Source: Felis catus
Lineage: Eukaryota
Assembly: GCF_018350175.1 (NCBI RefSeq)
Contig: NC_058373.1
Span: 113,090,001-113,154,000 of the forward strand
Length of the DNA stretch: 64,000 nt
Direction of reading: 5' to 3'
The notes below the pieces were generated by a model. It did no database searches, was not told the origin of the DNA, and was given only the letters and a program-made list of their open reading frames with translations. This document shows positions 50,645 through 64,000 of this stretch, in pieces (the first letter of the stretch is position 1; every line of letters starts with the position of its first letter). Made by a program: the position numbers and the translations under genes.

Positions 50645-51899
50645 CTACACAGAAGGAAGGCAAAGGAGAGGGGCCCCACAGTGTGTGATACCCACATCAC
50701 ACCAGCAGGTAGGAGGGGGAGTCCAAGAGTGCTGCTACAGGTATAAAGCAAGTGGCAACCGGTGTGATACACATCACAAAGCAAGAGGCGTTTCCGTAAT
50801 GCATCAGATTGGAGAGGTAGGATTTCAGGATGTTTCTTTTCTTCTTGCTCATCTAAATGCTCTCATGTCTCTACACTAGATGGGTATTACTTTTGTAGCA
50901 AAACTTAAGAGCTATGACTTTCAACTTAAAAGCAAAATAATATACAATAATGATTCTCTATGATCTGCAGAAGTCGGACCTCCTCCAGCTACTTCTCAAA
51001 GTCACCCATCACTTCAACCCACTCCTACCTCCACTGCTCCTCCTGCACTCACCATGGTCTAGCAAGCACCCAGGCTGCACAATCAAGATTTCGGTGACTG
51101 GCATGGAGCTTTCTGGGAGCCCAGGAATGGACTCGTGCCTTGTCTTTGATGGGTGTAACAGTTCTGCTGCCTGGGAAGCTAGGGGGTGTTTCCTGTAGAT
51201 GTAACAGTTTCCATGATGGCACTCCCTTCTGACGTCCCCACTTTAGAGTATTGCCTCCACCAGTGATCTGCTTTCCTTCTGTTCTGTGAGATGATTCCCG
51301 CCACCAATGGAAGATCTTTTCTCATTTTCTATTTATGCCCCTGAGTTGGAAAGCCACTGAGATGAGACCTTATTTATTCATATTTGCATCTCCTGAGCAC
51401 CTAGTACAGTATATGGCATTCAAGAAGCCCTCTATAACTATTTCCTGAATGGATGGATGGATGGATGCATACATGCATGAATGGATGGATGAATGAGGAA
51501 CCTCACAGAGCAAGAATGCAGCCACTACCAGAACACACCATTCTTGCCACCAGGCTGCAAACAAGACCAGTGACTTGGTGCGTGGAGATTCCTAGGGGGC
51601 TGTGACATAGCCCCAGGCACCCTGGCTGAAATTGAAGGGAGGGTCTCAAGACATTGAGGTGTGAAAGCAGCAGAGGCCCCAAGATATTACATAGGAGCAG
51701 GGCAGGGAGGGAGGGCCACTCCCAGGCAGAAAAAATAATACAAACAGGACAGTGACAGCAGAAAACCCTGACGCACAATGGTGGCACCAGACAGGCGTGT
51801 GTAGTAACAACAGAACCCACCCCCTCCCCAGTCGCACTGACAGAAGCAGCTGCAACAAAGCCAGGCAGGGTGAGGGGCAGGGGTGGGCTGGGTACTCAC

Positions 51900-52081
51900 T
51901 GCAGACTGATGTGAGGGGGCAGCTTGAAGGAGTTCTTCAATATGTGGAGTTGCTGGACTTTCCCCGGCTGCCCAGCATGAATAGCTCCTGTTATCTCAAA
52001 GGCCCAGGCGTCCCTCTCCTCTCGAGAACAGGCTTCCAGGAAGTACTCAGTGGATGTTTGAGTCTTCAACTTAATGAGAAG
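51900..52081 (-). CDS. PLEK2: PLEK2 exon 3
   Basis: LLIKLKTQTSTEYFLEACSREERDAWAFEITGAIHAGQPGKVQQLHILKNSFKLPPHISL; cag/gtgagt. Confidence 0.96.
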
Positions 52082-52508
52082 CTGCAGGAAAAGATGGCTC
52101 GTCAGACCAGCACTCAGAGGCCTGGCAGGCCAGAGAATGTTGGCTCCAAACAAAGATGACAGGGCTACAGCAAGCCCAGGACACACAGATCTGGTGGCTG
52201 CCGAACTCCCAACCCCTCAACCATGTCCCAGGGGGTGGTCTTCAAAGATTCACTTGTCAACCTGAAGCAACAGGGAGCTCATGGCTCACAAGGCAAGCTC
52301 TCCCTCTTGGACAGACTAGTTAGCGTAGGGACTGTTGCCTGGGCACTTTGCCTCCTTGCTTCTAATCACACAGACTAACTTACCTCCCATGACAGCCCCT
52401 GTGCTGAAGTGAGAAGTGTACTGGCTTTCAAGTCCAACTGATCTGAATGCAAATCCTAGCTTAGCCACTTAGCTATGAACGCTTGGGCACATTAAGAAAC
52501 CTCACTAA

Positions 52509-52760
52509 GGGGTGCCTGGGTGGCTCAGACCGTTAAGAATCTGACTTAGGCTCAGGGCATGATCTCACGGTTTATGAATTCAAGTCCCTCATCGAGTAAG
52601 CTCGAGCCCCACTTCGGGTAAACCATGAGCCCTGCTTCGGGCGAGCCCCACTTTTCTCTCTCTCCCTCTCCGTCCTTCTCCCCCCGCCCTCAGCCCCCGT
52701 CTCTGCCCCTCACTCACTGGGCCCTCTCCCTCTCTCAAAAAACAAAACAAAACAAAAAAG
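52509..52760 (+). mobile_element. CAN-SINE variant with reiterated gagccc body, inserted in a MIR
   Basis: Standard head and tail, atypical middle; flanking repeat gaaacctcactaag / gaaccccaccaag. Confidence 0.85.
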
Positions 52761-55498
52761 GAACCCCACCAAGCCTTAGTCTCTTTATCTGTCATATGGG
52801 GATATTAACACCTACGTTGGAGGAACTGTTCCTTATGCTCCTTTTGGTCCTCTTTTCTTCAGTCATCCCCAATCTTTCACACACTTCTCATATCATATGG
52901 CTTAAACCCTTAATCAGCTCATGCTCTGTTACATGTTCTGCAGGTGGTCGCCATTCTCATAAACTATGACCCATGGAATGGAGCCGGCTGCTCCAGGAAA
53001 GCTCTGAGGGGCACAGGGTGGCACGGCTGACGGCCCGAGGTAGCTCTGGTGGCACCATAGACTCGCACTCTATGAGGTCAGCAGACAGTCTTTTTGATGT
53101 AGGCCACATCTCCTCCATTCCTTAAATGTGCATTTAGGGTTTTTTGGGTTATTTTTGGCCACTGTGGGATTCTGATGTTGACCCTATTAAATGTCATCTT
53201 AGAAGCCTACTGCTTCTTTTGGGAAAGCGGATGCATTCTATTTCATTCTGATTCTGTCTTCCAGTGCATTAATTCCCAACTTGCTTTGTTTGCAGACTCA
53301 ACATCCCTCACCTCAACTAACAGTAAAAACAGTGATGAGATGAGGCTGGTTCACAGTCCCAAAAGATACCACAAATCCGTTCCTCCAAGTTAACACTGAC
53401 TCACTCATCAGCATCATAGGGGAACAAATTCACCCAGCTCCCTGCACCTGCACTGGCAGTCTGTAATCAACATTTTAATGAAAGAATTTCAGGAGAGACT
53501 ATATAATTCCATGTGAAATCCACACATACTCTTTCATAGCTTCCCAAATTAAAAAAATAAAATAAATAAATATATATGTGTGTGTGTGTGTGCACATATA
53601 TATATTCACATACACATGTATATACTGTATAACGTGTTCTTAGCGAACTTGCTGGCTCCTCTTGACCTCTTGCAGGTCAAGTACTCTTGAACTGGGAGGA
53701 TGACAATCTGAGAATGTTAGGGAAAACTAACATGAAGTTCACAACTCCAGTTAGCAAATTTCACTTATTTCCTTTTTTGAAAGCTTCTCTATCTCCAGCC
53801 CGTTCTACCAGCACTCTTGCTTTCCACTGTCCCTTAAAGATTGTTAAAGGGCATCAGGTTAACGAGCAACCCTACAAGGTCTGGGGTTTAATTTATTGAG
53901 AACTAGAGTCTTAACTTCACTTAGAAAACTAGGGGTTTTTCCTCTTAAAAACGTCTCCGCTGTAAATGTTTCTTCTTTCTTAAACATCAATTCAACAAAC
54001 ATTTACTAATCATCTGCTATGTGTCCAGACATTGTGTTTGGTTTTCTTACCCATAAGGAAGAAGGTGCAGCCCCAGTCTTCCCAGGCTGGGCATCCTCCG
54101 GCAGCCCCACCTCCACCCAACAGAATGCTACCCCACCTGACTTTTTCCCTTAATCAGTGGCACTTCCAGATTAGCAGAGGAAATTGTAGGACATTTCATT
54201 TTTGCAGCCTCATAGGGTGGAATGACACTCAATACCTTCCTCTCCCTTGTCCTCAACATCCAGTCAACCAGGTCCTGTTGACATGTCCTTCATAACATTT
54301 TCTTGTGTTTCCCCCTACTTTTTGCCTTATTTCATGCCTCACTATTTTAATAGCTCCCTTTGTTTTCTTATTTGAGAAAAAGTCGAAACTACAAAAGAGT
54401 ACAGCAGTTAACATAATACCAGGAAACCCACCTCCCAGAATGGACTGTCACAAACGTTTTCTTATACTTAGAAGGCTTGTCAATTGGTTTAGAAAAGTCA
54501 AAGAAGAAAAACATAAGTGGTTAGATCCCTTCTTTATTGATCTAGTAACCTATTAGAATCAGAGCGTAGTTCCTCATTTTAGTCCTCCTAAGAGTGTTTC
54601 CACCAGTCCATTCTCTTACTTCAGAACCTTCAGTGACTCCCCATTACCTCCATCTGGCCCCAGCCAATCTCCCATTGCTCCCTTGGTGAACATTCTCCTT
54701 TTGCCACACTGGCCATCGTCATCTCCAAATCTATCCCTATCTCTCCCCTCACTTTCACTCAAGACTTCCCACCTGACATTCCAGAATATCTGCCTCTCTC
54801 CTTTTTCAGATCTTTGCCAAGTCTCTATTCCTCCCAATGCTGTACCTGACTCAATAGCCTATAAATACGTCTTCCTCCTCTTCAGGAATATGGTGTTCTC
54901 TATGACTAATCATGTTTATACCAACATTTGGAACTCTGAATGTTTTTCGATTAACCACTTGTTTTCATAATAAGATGACTAACTCCAGGGAAAGCACTTT
55001 TACCATTTTCTTCCTTGACTCCTCCAAGCCTAGCAAATTTCTTGGCACAAAATGGGCCCTTAAAAAAAATGACTGATTCAGATAATTTTTCATGGTAGGG
55101 TTGAAGCTGCGCCTGACTTTTAGAACACTCACCCCCTTAGAGGATGAAAACCATCACATTGAACCCCAAGATAGCAATAGTTGCTCCCATTTGTGAGGTT
55201 CCTCCTAGCCTACAAGGTGCTTTGACAGACTGTTACCTTCTGCATGATTCTCAACACAATCATGGGGGATAGTGAGGTGTCACTATTTTACCCCATTTTA
55301 TAGAGGAGGAACTAAGGCTCAGAGAGGCTCAATTACTTGCCCAAGGTCACACCTGCTACACAGCTCAGCAGGACCTGAATTTAGGTTTTTTCAATGATAA
55401 CTCAGCTCTTCCTATTATCCACATCACCTTCACCAAAGAGGCCAGAGATGAGAGGGTCCCGGGCAGAAAGGAGCCGAGAAGCAGGGGCCTTCACTTAC

Positions 55499-55663
55499 GG
55501 GTCGGTTTTCATACTCCAGGCAGGGGCAGGTGATGGTGCAGCCATCCAGAAGGATCCGGCCCTTGGGAGGGGTCACCTTCCGACCCCCCTGGAGCTTGTA
55601 GTACAGCAGCGTGTTCTGCCGGAGGATGAACCATCGTGCTTTCCAGTTGTGGACAATGTGACC
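55499..55663 (-). CDS. PLEK2: PLEK2 exon 2 (N-terminal PH domain)
   Basis: GHIVHNWKARWFILRQNTLLYYKLQGGRKVTPPKGRILLDGCTITCPCLEYENRP; cag/gtaagt. Confidence 0.96.
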
Positions 55664-56440
55664 CTGAGGATGGACAGCACAGCCCTGTGGTGAGACGGCT
55701 GAGGGGACGACACTGTGTTCAGGGAGAGGTGTCCCACAGCACAGGTAGCCAGACTGTGCCGTGGGATCAACTGCCCAGAAACGGGGACAGCATTATCTTT
55801 TTTTTTTTAACTTCACTTAATTTTTTTATTTTAAAATAATTTCAATTCATACAAAAGCTGAAGAATAGTATTAAGAACTTGTATGATAGAATCATTTAAG
55901 AGTAAATTCTTAACATGATGCTCCAACACTTCTGAATATTTTATTGTGCATCTCCTACAAAAAAAGGGGGTGGATATTTCCAACATAACCACAATGCAAC
56001 CATCAACATCAGGAAATTTCCATTAATATATTATTATCATCGATTCCACAACCCCCAGCCAAGTTTCACCAATTGCCCTAGTAATATCTTTAATAGCCAA
56101 AGAAAGGATCTAGTTCAGAATCATACGTTTTATTTTCATGTGCATGAAAAAAGCATTATCAGTCTGGATCTCTTTGTCATCTGAGTATGTAACCAAGACC
56201 TCCCATTTGACCTTGTTTGTGGTTATAAACCTTGAAAGAAACTACAAAGTATACTGAAGAGGAAGTCGTACTACCAGGAGACCGCTGTTGCTAACATTTT
56301 GTTTTCTTATTGTCTTTTTTCCTTAGTTTTTACTTTCTGGTTTAAAAAAAAAAAAATCAGGACCATGTTACATATAGTTTCATTATCTAGTTTTTGTTTT
56401 GTTGAGCTTTGCTGAGCATCGTCTCACACCGATGTATTTC

Positions 56441-56670
56441 TTTTTTTTTTTTTTAATTTTTTTTTCAACATTTTTATTTATTTTTGGGACAGAGAGAGAC
56501 AGAGCATGAGCGAGGGAGGGGCAGAGAGAGAGGGAGACACAGAATCGGAAACAGGCTCCAGGCTCTGAGCCATCAGCCCAGAGCCTGACGCGGGACTCGA
56601 ACTCACGGACCGTGAGATCGTGACCTGGCTGAAGTCGGACGCTTAACCGACTGCGCCACCCAGGTGCCCC
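56441..56670 (-). mobile_element. Young CAN-SINE (ttcagccaggtc subfamily)
   Basis: TSD ccgatgtatttcttt. Confidence 0.95.
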
Positions 56671-57851
56671 CCGATGTATTTCTTTAAAACATGTTTTTGA
56701 ATGACCGCTAGGTGGATGCAATATTTACTTGTCAATCTTCTATTGTTTGAACTGAGGTTGTTTCTTTTTTTCACTGTTATAAACAATTCTGCAATGAATA
56801 TTCTTGCACACAAATTCTGATCTGCATCTCAGATTTTCTTTTCCTTAGCATATATTCCTAGAAAGAATGTCACTAGTCAAAGATGTAGGCAATTTGTAAA
56901 GTTGAAGCCACAGTCTACCAGTGCTAAGGACCCTAATAATCTTGCTTAGCTTGGTATGGCAAGACTGAAAGACAGGGTAGTTTGGGGGTTCTCAAGTGAG
57001 TCATAGAGCCAATGGACAGGATAATAAGGTAAAGGCAAAGAGCCTATTTCTAGAACAGACCAACAGATGAGGGAATGTCTGCTGAGGAATCAGAAAGGAA
57101 TGGGTTTAGTACATACTCATGAAAGCAACTTTCATGGCATATTTCCCAGAGCAGAGCCCAATAAGAGTGAGCTTCTAACTAAGAGAGATGGGCTTTATCT
57201 GAATCAGAGACCATTTCCCTAGTTCACTCCTTTCCTTACATTTCCTAGCATTTATTAAGTTCAAAGTCTCCTCGTGTTCTCACATCTGTGAAACTGTGAT
57301 TGTTCGACGTGTACTGTGCACAGTGCTGTTAGGGAACCAAAAGTTGTGGGAATTGACTGAGTGAGCACTGGGCTATGCCCAAACAATTTACTGTGGCAAC
57401 TCAATAAAACTTTTAACTATGTTAATATGGCAAGAATTTATTAATATGTCTAAGTGCTATTACATTGCATGGCGATCAAGCTCTTCACAGAAGATAACTT
57501 TCATAGTCAAGTTCAAGTTTACATTTTTTGCTCTCTCCCATACTTAGGATCGACATGTAACATGACAGGTGACAGCTTTTCTTGATGTGGGCAGACATGT
57601 TTCAAGAAACAAAGAAGATTTGGTTTTGACGTCTCAGCAGTTGGGGTTCTCTACTGCTCCCCACATGGCCCAGACTTGGGTCCTCTTTTTCGATGACCCC
57701 CTTCTGAGGGGCTGTTGAAGCAGCATTAGCAGTAGATTGTTGGCTCAAAAGATTGTGTACAGGGAGAATGCAATCCTAGTTGATGGAATGGGGGCTGGTG
57801 TGAGGTAGAGAAGTGAAGAAGGTCAAATAATCTTATATCTTAAAACATAGG

Positions 57852-58248
57852 TGTTACAGGCTAAATTATGTCACTCCTCACACACACAAATTCATATATT
57901 AAAGCCCTAACTTTCAGTGTTGACTGTAGGTGCAGATAGGGCCCTAGAAATGTGATTAGATTAGGATGAGGTCATCAAGTGGGCCCTAATCCAATCTGAC
58001 TGGGGTCCTTATAAGAAAAGGACACTCAGAGACACAGAGAGACATCAGGAAGGAATATGCACAGAGGAAAGACCATGTGAGCACATGGCAAGAAGGTGCC
58101 CATGTGCAAGCTGAAGAGAGGCCTCAGAAGAAACCAAACCTGCTGACAGTTTGACCTTTTACCCTAGCCTCCATAACTGTGAGAAAATAAATCTGTTTAG
58201 CTGTCTTGTCTGTGGTATTTTGTTTCAACACTCTAGCAAACTAAAGCA
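57852..58248 (+). mobile_element. MaLR solo LTR (MLT1A/B-like)
   Basis: tgttacaggctaaattatgtc...gggccctaatccaatctgactgg...ccatgtgag...aactgtgagaaaataaatctg. Confidence 0.8.
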
Positions 58249-59296
58249 ACAGGGAGAGGAGAAATGGGGCTGGAGACGTTCAAGAAAGTGTCACCAACAG
58301 ATGTTGAACAGAACAAACCAGTTTGGAGATACTGTACTTTCCTGGACAAAATGCTACATTTCTCGGAATCCCTGGCACGAAGGGAACTGATAGGTGACCA
58401 AGTGGCTGCCACCCCTATGCATGGTTTCCCACGGGAAACAGGAATTTTTGGAGAGAACAATGTTGGAAGAATAGGTTCTTCTGACACCCAGTCCCCAGGG
58501 CTACCAGGGACAAATAGCAAACAATGTCAGCAATGATGTTTCCGCTAGAAATGTCTGCTGGTGCTGGTAGGTATTTTTGTCTAGCTACATCATCTCTGGC
58601 TTTATAGCATCCCAGCCAGGTTCTCTGGCCCTTCCAAATATTCCTGAGTTACTTAATAGTTATTATTCCTCCATGAAATCCCTTTCTGTTCAAACTCACT
58701 AGAGTGGAATGTGTTTATGAGCAACTACAGATCCTGACAGTAAGGATGAGAGGTCTGAGGAGAAAGGCTGATGAGAAAGGATTTACTGTGTAGGTAGAAA
58801 CCCTGAAGCAGCTTGTGACCCTCAAAAAAAATGTTCAAATCTTCTGACCCAATAATTCTACTTCCGGGGATGTGTGTGGAGTAAATCATCTAGGAGAGGG
58901 AAAAGGTTTTATGTATTGAGACACTTAGGATCATTGCTTATAATAAAATAATGCAAAGTATTCTAACTGTGTAACAATACCATGCCCACTGTGGCTATAG
59001 GGGAGGCATTCCAATCCTAACAGATGGCTGGAAAGGTCATTGGTGGAGCCCTCAAGGTCAAACACAGCAGTCTGAGTCAACAAGAATCACAGCGTCAATG
59101 GTCTTTAACACAGGTAAAACACTTTTACTTACATTTTTTCATACGATACCTAAAAATGACTCTAGTAGCTATTTTAGAAAATTTCTGAAGGGACACCTCA
59201 GGATTGTTAATAGTCATCTCTAAGGACTAAGACTGGACATAAGGCAACAAGAATGAAAACTTATTTTTCAATTTACAGCCTTGAGTACTTTTCTAG

Positions 59297-59514
59297 TTTT
59301 TTTTTTTTTTTTTCAACGTTTATTTATTTTTGGGACAGAGAGACAGAGCATGAACGGGGGAGGGACAGAGAGAGAGGGAGACACAGAATCGGAAACAGGC
59401 TCCAGGCTCTGAGCCATCAGCCCAGAGCCCGATGCGGGGCTCGAACTCACGGACCACAAGATCGTGACCTGGCTGAAGTTGGACGCTTAACCGACTGCGC
59501 CACCCAGGCTCCCC
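59297..59514 (-). mobile_element. Young CAN-SINE (ttcagccaggtc subfamily)
   Basis: TSD tctagttttt. Confidence 0.95.
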
Positions 59515-59777
59515 TCTAGTTTTTTTTTTAATAAAAGTATGTATTATTTTTATAATGGAAAATTAATTTTAATTCAAACAAACAAAAATCCTGATGAGAT
59601 GATTAGGGAAATAATTCATACACTTATCTATTCATTCAACAATCAATGACTAACTACTACTGCACCAAGCACTGGGCTGGCAGCAGAGAGACAAAGATGA
59701 ACAAGATACTGACCCAAGACAGCAGAGGAGACACACAATGATGCCACTCAATGTGATAAGTTCCAGGACAGATGACT

Positions 59778-60420
59778 GGTGGGGTCCCCCAGGATATCCA
59801 CCTTTTGGTATTCACAACCTTATATATACTTTTTCCCCACATTGTACAAGGGCTGATCTGTGTGACCAAGAGAATATGGCAGAGTAATGATTTGTCAGGT
59901 TAGGTTAGAAAAAACGGACTCTGAGGAAAGCTAGATGCCACATCATGACCAGCCCCTATAGAGAGGTGAGGAACTAAGACCTCCAGCCACTAGCCATGTG
60001 ATTGAGTTTGGAATCGGACCCTCCAGTCAGCCAAGCCTTCAGGAGAGTGCCACACTAGGCAATATTTTGGCTGTAACTTCATGAGAGACTTGAATCTTGC
60101 AGCTAAGCTCTTCCTGAATACATGCCCCTCAGAAATTATGTGAGACAATAAATGTTTACAGCTTTAAGATGTTAAGCTCTGGCAGGGCACCTGGCTAGCT
60201 CAGTCAGTTAAGTGTCTTGACTCTTGGTTTCAGTTCAGGTCATGATCTCAAGGTTTATGAGTTCGAGCCCTGCACTGGGCTCTGCACTGTCAGTACTGTC
60301 TCCCTCTCTCTCTGCCCCTTCCCTGCTTGTTCTTTCACTCTCAAAAATAAATTAAAAAAAAAAAAAAAAAAGACACTAAGGTTTGAGGCAACTATTATAG
60401 AACAATAGAGAAGTGATACA
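59778..60420 (+). mobile_element. MaLR LTR (MLT1E/F-like) interrupted by a SINE
   Basis: gaggaactaagacctccagcc...agaaattatgtgagacaataaatgtt...ctaaggtttgagg. Confidence 0.65.
60185..60371 (+). mobile_element. CAN-SINE with internal deletion
   Basis: Head and A tail inside an MLT1 LTR. Confidence 0.85.
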
Positions 60421-61320
60421 GGTCATGATGCAAACCCCGAAAAGCAGCTTAGGTGGAAGAAGAAGCTCAAAAGAGAGTGAGTGGGGTTAGGTTGGCTCCC
60501 TGAAGAGCTGCTACTGGGGCTGAGTCTTGAAGGTTGTGTAGAGTTGGTCAGGTCAGGAAGGCAGGGAAAGGAGAGCTTGAACCACTTCCACTTTTGAGAA
60601 ACTCCAACTGGTTCTGTATGGATGAGGCTCAGAGGCCTGTGGGCAAAGGACAGAAGTGATGCAGGCACAGTCAGCTTCAAGTTCCATGCAGTAAAGTTTG
60701 ATCTGTATACTGTGGCCAGAGGGGAGTCCTGGAAGACTTCTAAGAAGAAGCTGCTAAGAAAGGCTTAGGTTCTCATGTTAAGAAGATCACCTTGACCACA
60801 CTGTGGCAGAACAGCTGAATGAAGTGGGCCAGACTGGAGCAGGCAGTTCAGTTGGCAGATGCCATAATAATCCATAAAATGGGAAGGAGAACTCCATTAT
60901 CCCTGGTCTACAGAAAAGCACGCCATGTTCAGCAGAAATAAGGAACTGGTCTAATGTCACCAGGTAAAGGGATCGAGGCCAAAACTACTGTGGTATAAGT
61001 TGAAAGATATCCCAGGCTTCCCTCTACCCAGGGAGTTTCCTCCCTCTCCAGGTCCTTGTCTGCAAATGGCTGGCCAAGGCCAGAGGCCCACCGGACCAAC
61101 CACAAGTGGCTTAGAGTCCCTAGAACCCCTTTAGGGAGAGGGAGGAGAGTCCATAGCTGGGATAACAAACCTATGACTGGGTTCAAGAGGCATGGAATAT
61201 TATAGCTGGAGGCACCCTTTGAGAAAGTCCATACTACTCCCTACTTTAATGATGAGGGAACTGAGGCCCATAAAGGTCTTACCCAAGACCTTACAACCCT
61301 AGAAAAGCAGAGATGGTACT

Positions 61321-62550
61321 TGTTACAGATTGAATTATGTTTCCCTCCCCAAAAGGTATGAAGTTTTAACCCCTGGTACCTATGCATGTGATCTCATTTG
61401 GAAATAGAGTCTTTGCAGATGTAATTAGGATACCGTGAAGTCATAAAGGATTAGGGCGGACCTAATACTAACTGGTATTCCTTATATGAAGAGGATAATT
61501 TGGACAGTGAGATATACAGGAAGAAGATGGTCATGGGACAGTGGAGGCAGAGATTAGAGTGATGCATCTACAAACCAAGAATGGCAAGAATTGCCTGCGT
61601 GAGATAATAGGTTTTATATTTAGGTCTCTGTCCCCGGCTCCTGGCACAGAGCTCCTGAAACCCTTGTAATTTCCTGGGTAATAGGAACGTCTTTTTTCTA
61701 ACGAGGTGACTCAAGTGGGCTCCTGGATGAAGGCTGGTCACCATAAAGAACCACAATTAGAAGCTTGGCATTTTCAGCCCCACCCCAATTCTCTTGAGAA
61801 GGGAGAATGGCTGAAAACAGAGTTAATGATCAATCATGACTATGTGATGAAGTCTCCACAAAATCCCAAAAATACAGGGTTCAGAGAGCTTCTGGGTTGG
61901 TAAATACATGGAAATGCTGAGCCTGGCATGCCTGGGGAGTACATAGCAGCTTCATGCCCCTTCCCACATACCTTGCCCTACCCAGGTTTTCCAACTGGCT
62001 CTTCATCTGTATCACTTATCATATCCTTTAATAAACTGGTAAATATATTTTCCTGAGTTCTGTGAGTCACTGTAGCAAATTAACTGAAATGGAAAAGGGG
62101 GTGTATTGGAACCTCCAATCGATAGCCCATTGGTCAGTCAGAAGTGCAGCTAGTGTCTAAAGTATGGGTGGGGTGGGGTGGAGGGGGGCAGTTTTGTGGG
62201 ACTGATCTCTTAACCCATGGGATATGATACTATCTCTAGGTAGATAGTGTCAGAATTGAGTTAAATGGCAGGACATGTAGCTGGTATCACAGAGAATTGC
62301 TTGGTGTTGGGGAAAACCTCTACACTTTTGGTGACCAGCAGTGTCAGAAGGGAAGTGTTGTGAGTACAAGTAAAGGAAATTCACAGGATAAAGAAACAAT
62401 AGGTTGTTCCCTATAAGGTTTTCCCTACATGGGAAGGAAAAATCTGCAAACGTCAAAGCAAAAGAGCCAAGGGAGGATTCTCCCCTATAGGTTTCAGAGG
62501 AAGCATGGCCCTGCTAACACCTTGATTTCAGACTTCTAGCCTGAAGAACT
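61321..62550 (+). mobile_element. MaLR LTR (MLT1C/D-like) split by a MER21-like LTR (~61598-62443)
   Basis: MLT1 left part (tgttacagattgaattatg...aagaattgcc) resumes at ~62444 (gattctcccctataggtttcagaggaagcatggccctgctaacaccttgattt); the insert has MER21-like ggtctctgtccccggctcctggcacagagctcctgaaaccctt. Confidence 0.75.
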
Positions 62551-64000
62551 CCTTCCAGACTTGTTTCTTCTATGCCTATTTTTCCTTACTAATAATACCT
62601 TTTATATTTTCACTTTTTGGGTTATTAGATTATAAGCATTTTTAACATCTGCAAAACCATAATATACTTAGTCATTTGTTTATTTGTGCGGACATATAGG
62701 TAGTTTCCAGTTTTTTCACTACATAAATAATACTGTGTTCATAAAGCTTTGATGGTATTTTCTTGGGATAGAGTCCTTCCTACAAAGGACATTTTCAGGC
62801 CAAAGGGTGTTAGCATTGCCATGTCATTTTCTAAGAGGGTCATCAGAGGTATGAGCCGGGCAGCAAGGCCTGAAGTACCTCAGTGTCTTCTTAAAGGAAA
62901 AGCAATCTTGTCCGTGCTGATCTCACTTCCTTCCCCCTCACCCTCCTTTAAAGCCAGGCCAAGTGAGTGCCCTGCATTTTGCCTGGAGCTTTGCTTCTTT
63001 CTTGTCTGGGCGGGAGTGAGAGCCAGATCTATCATGCCCCTGCCCGTCAACTGCTTTCACCCTCCTGGGTGATGACTGTTTTGTACTCTGGGCTTCCAGC
63101 TCAGGCCCTGCCCCCACCCCAGGCTTTAAACCGTCCTAAATCTATGGAATCCCATGGTCCTAGCCTTGCAACTAGTCCAGTGGATACAGAAGCTGCTGCC
63201 GGCGCCACCCAGGAGGAGAGGGAGTGGGGGTGGGGGGGAGAAAAAGTTGAGATTGATCAATAGGCGGGAACTGTTAGCAGGGGCACCCAGCCAGGTCCCT
63301 CACCTTGCAGGAAAGGGTGTGGCTTCCGCTAGCTTCAGGGCCAGCCTCCAAACACCAGGCTTTGGGTTTAGCTGGAATGAGCATTCAGTATTTCAGCCAA
63401 GCGCCTTCTGTGGGCCTTTGGGCTGGACCTGTAGACTGTTCTCACTTCCCTGCACCCTGAACTCCCTTGGCCAGCGACCCAGGACTGGGCAGCCATCCAG
63501 AAGAGAATTCACATCCTTCCTTCTAGCATTCCCGGATTCTGCATGGTGGTGGTGGTGGGGAATCTTGGGAGGAAACTCCAGCAACTGGGGGAGACCCCTA
63601 CTAGGGCCAAGCTATGTGGACAATCAAAGATGCCTATCAGATGCCCTGCCCAGCTCACACTCTCCCTCTCACCTCACAAGGTGCAGGAAAGTTGGAGCAA
63701 CCCCGCCACAGGTTGTCTTTCTGAGGTGCAGATGCTTCCACAGAACGAGAAGGACTAACCACAGTGGCTTGGAATTTGGTACCTGCTTGTGTCCAGCCTG
63801 ACCCTTGATCTGGCATCAGCCTCCTACTAGATCTCCTGCTTGTAGTTTTGAGCAAACAACACCCCTGCCCTCCTATACAAATAATGTGTAACATAGCATG
63901 GCTACATTACCCATGGACCTGAAAGCAATCAGACTTCAGGGCTGCTCTGACTGCCAGGGGAGGCAATGGAAGGGGGAGCCCCGTCATCTCTCTTCATCCA

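Larger units (their letters stand above)
46183..55663 (-). other. PLEK2: PLEK2 gene span, pleckstrin-2 (PH-DEP-PH), exons 2-9; exon 1 outside the window
   Basis: Exons 165+182+92+188+102+84+79+128 = 1020 nt in frame to TGA; with the missing 14 N-terminal codons this gives the known 353 aa. Confidence 0.97.

Noticed and set aside
57852..58248. Local MLT1 LTR as the source of the retrocopy at 14950-15284
   Set aside because: Same family but clearly diverged, and it lacks the unique AT-rich flank with the poly(A) signal.
58360..60746. STAT5-type TTCNNNGAA sites (58360, 60738) in PLEK2 intron 1
   Set aside because: Isolated 9-mers in probable old repeats, expected by chance; not supportable from sequence alone.
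62749..63894. 215-aa and other ORFs near the right end as a candidate PLEK2 exon 1 or new gene
   Set aside because: No MEDGVLKEGFLVKR-like segment found on the - strand, no CpG island and no recognisable domain; this is PLEK2 intron 1.

Overview
Eukaryotic, felid (cat-family) genomic DNA, judged by the dense feliform CAN-SINEs and a felid-type L1 3' end. It carries the conserved mammalian gene block ATP6V1D (- strand, 9 coding exons, complete, 247 aa), EIF2S1/eIF2-alpha (+ strand, non-coding exon 1 plus 7 coding exons, complete, 315 aa) and PLEK2 (- strand, coding exons 2-9; exon 1 lies beyond the right end). I assembled all three exon by exon with GT-AG boundaries and consistent reading phase. 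ATP6V1D and EIF2S1 share a CpG-island promoter head to head, and EIF2S1 and PLEK2 end tail to tail. The most unusual object is in ATP6V1D intron 2. It is a 6.25-kb env-less class III (HERV-S/ERVL-like) provirus with a tRNA-Arg(ACG) primer-binding site, two markedly different LTRs and a 5-bp TSD. It splits an old L1, and its gag is in turn split by a TSD-flanked, poly(A)-tailed retrocopy of an unidentified transcript 3' end. Other points are an apparent E174G change in eIF2-alpha, a 22:4 SINE strand bias, close inverted SINE pairs and a 350-bp C/T tract. I found no evidence of a new protein-coding system; most ORFs in the supplied track are repeat-derived or spurious. Repeat family names come from recalled consensus sequences, not a database search, and repeat boundaries are approximate.
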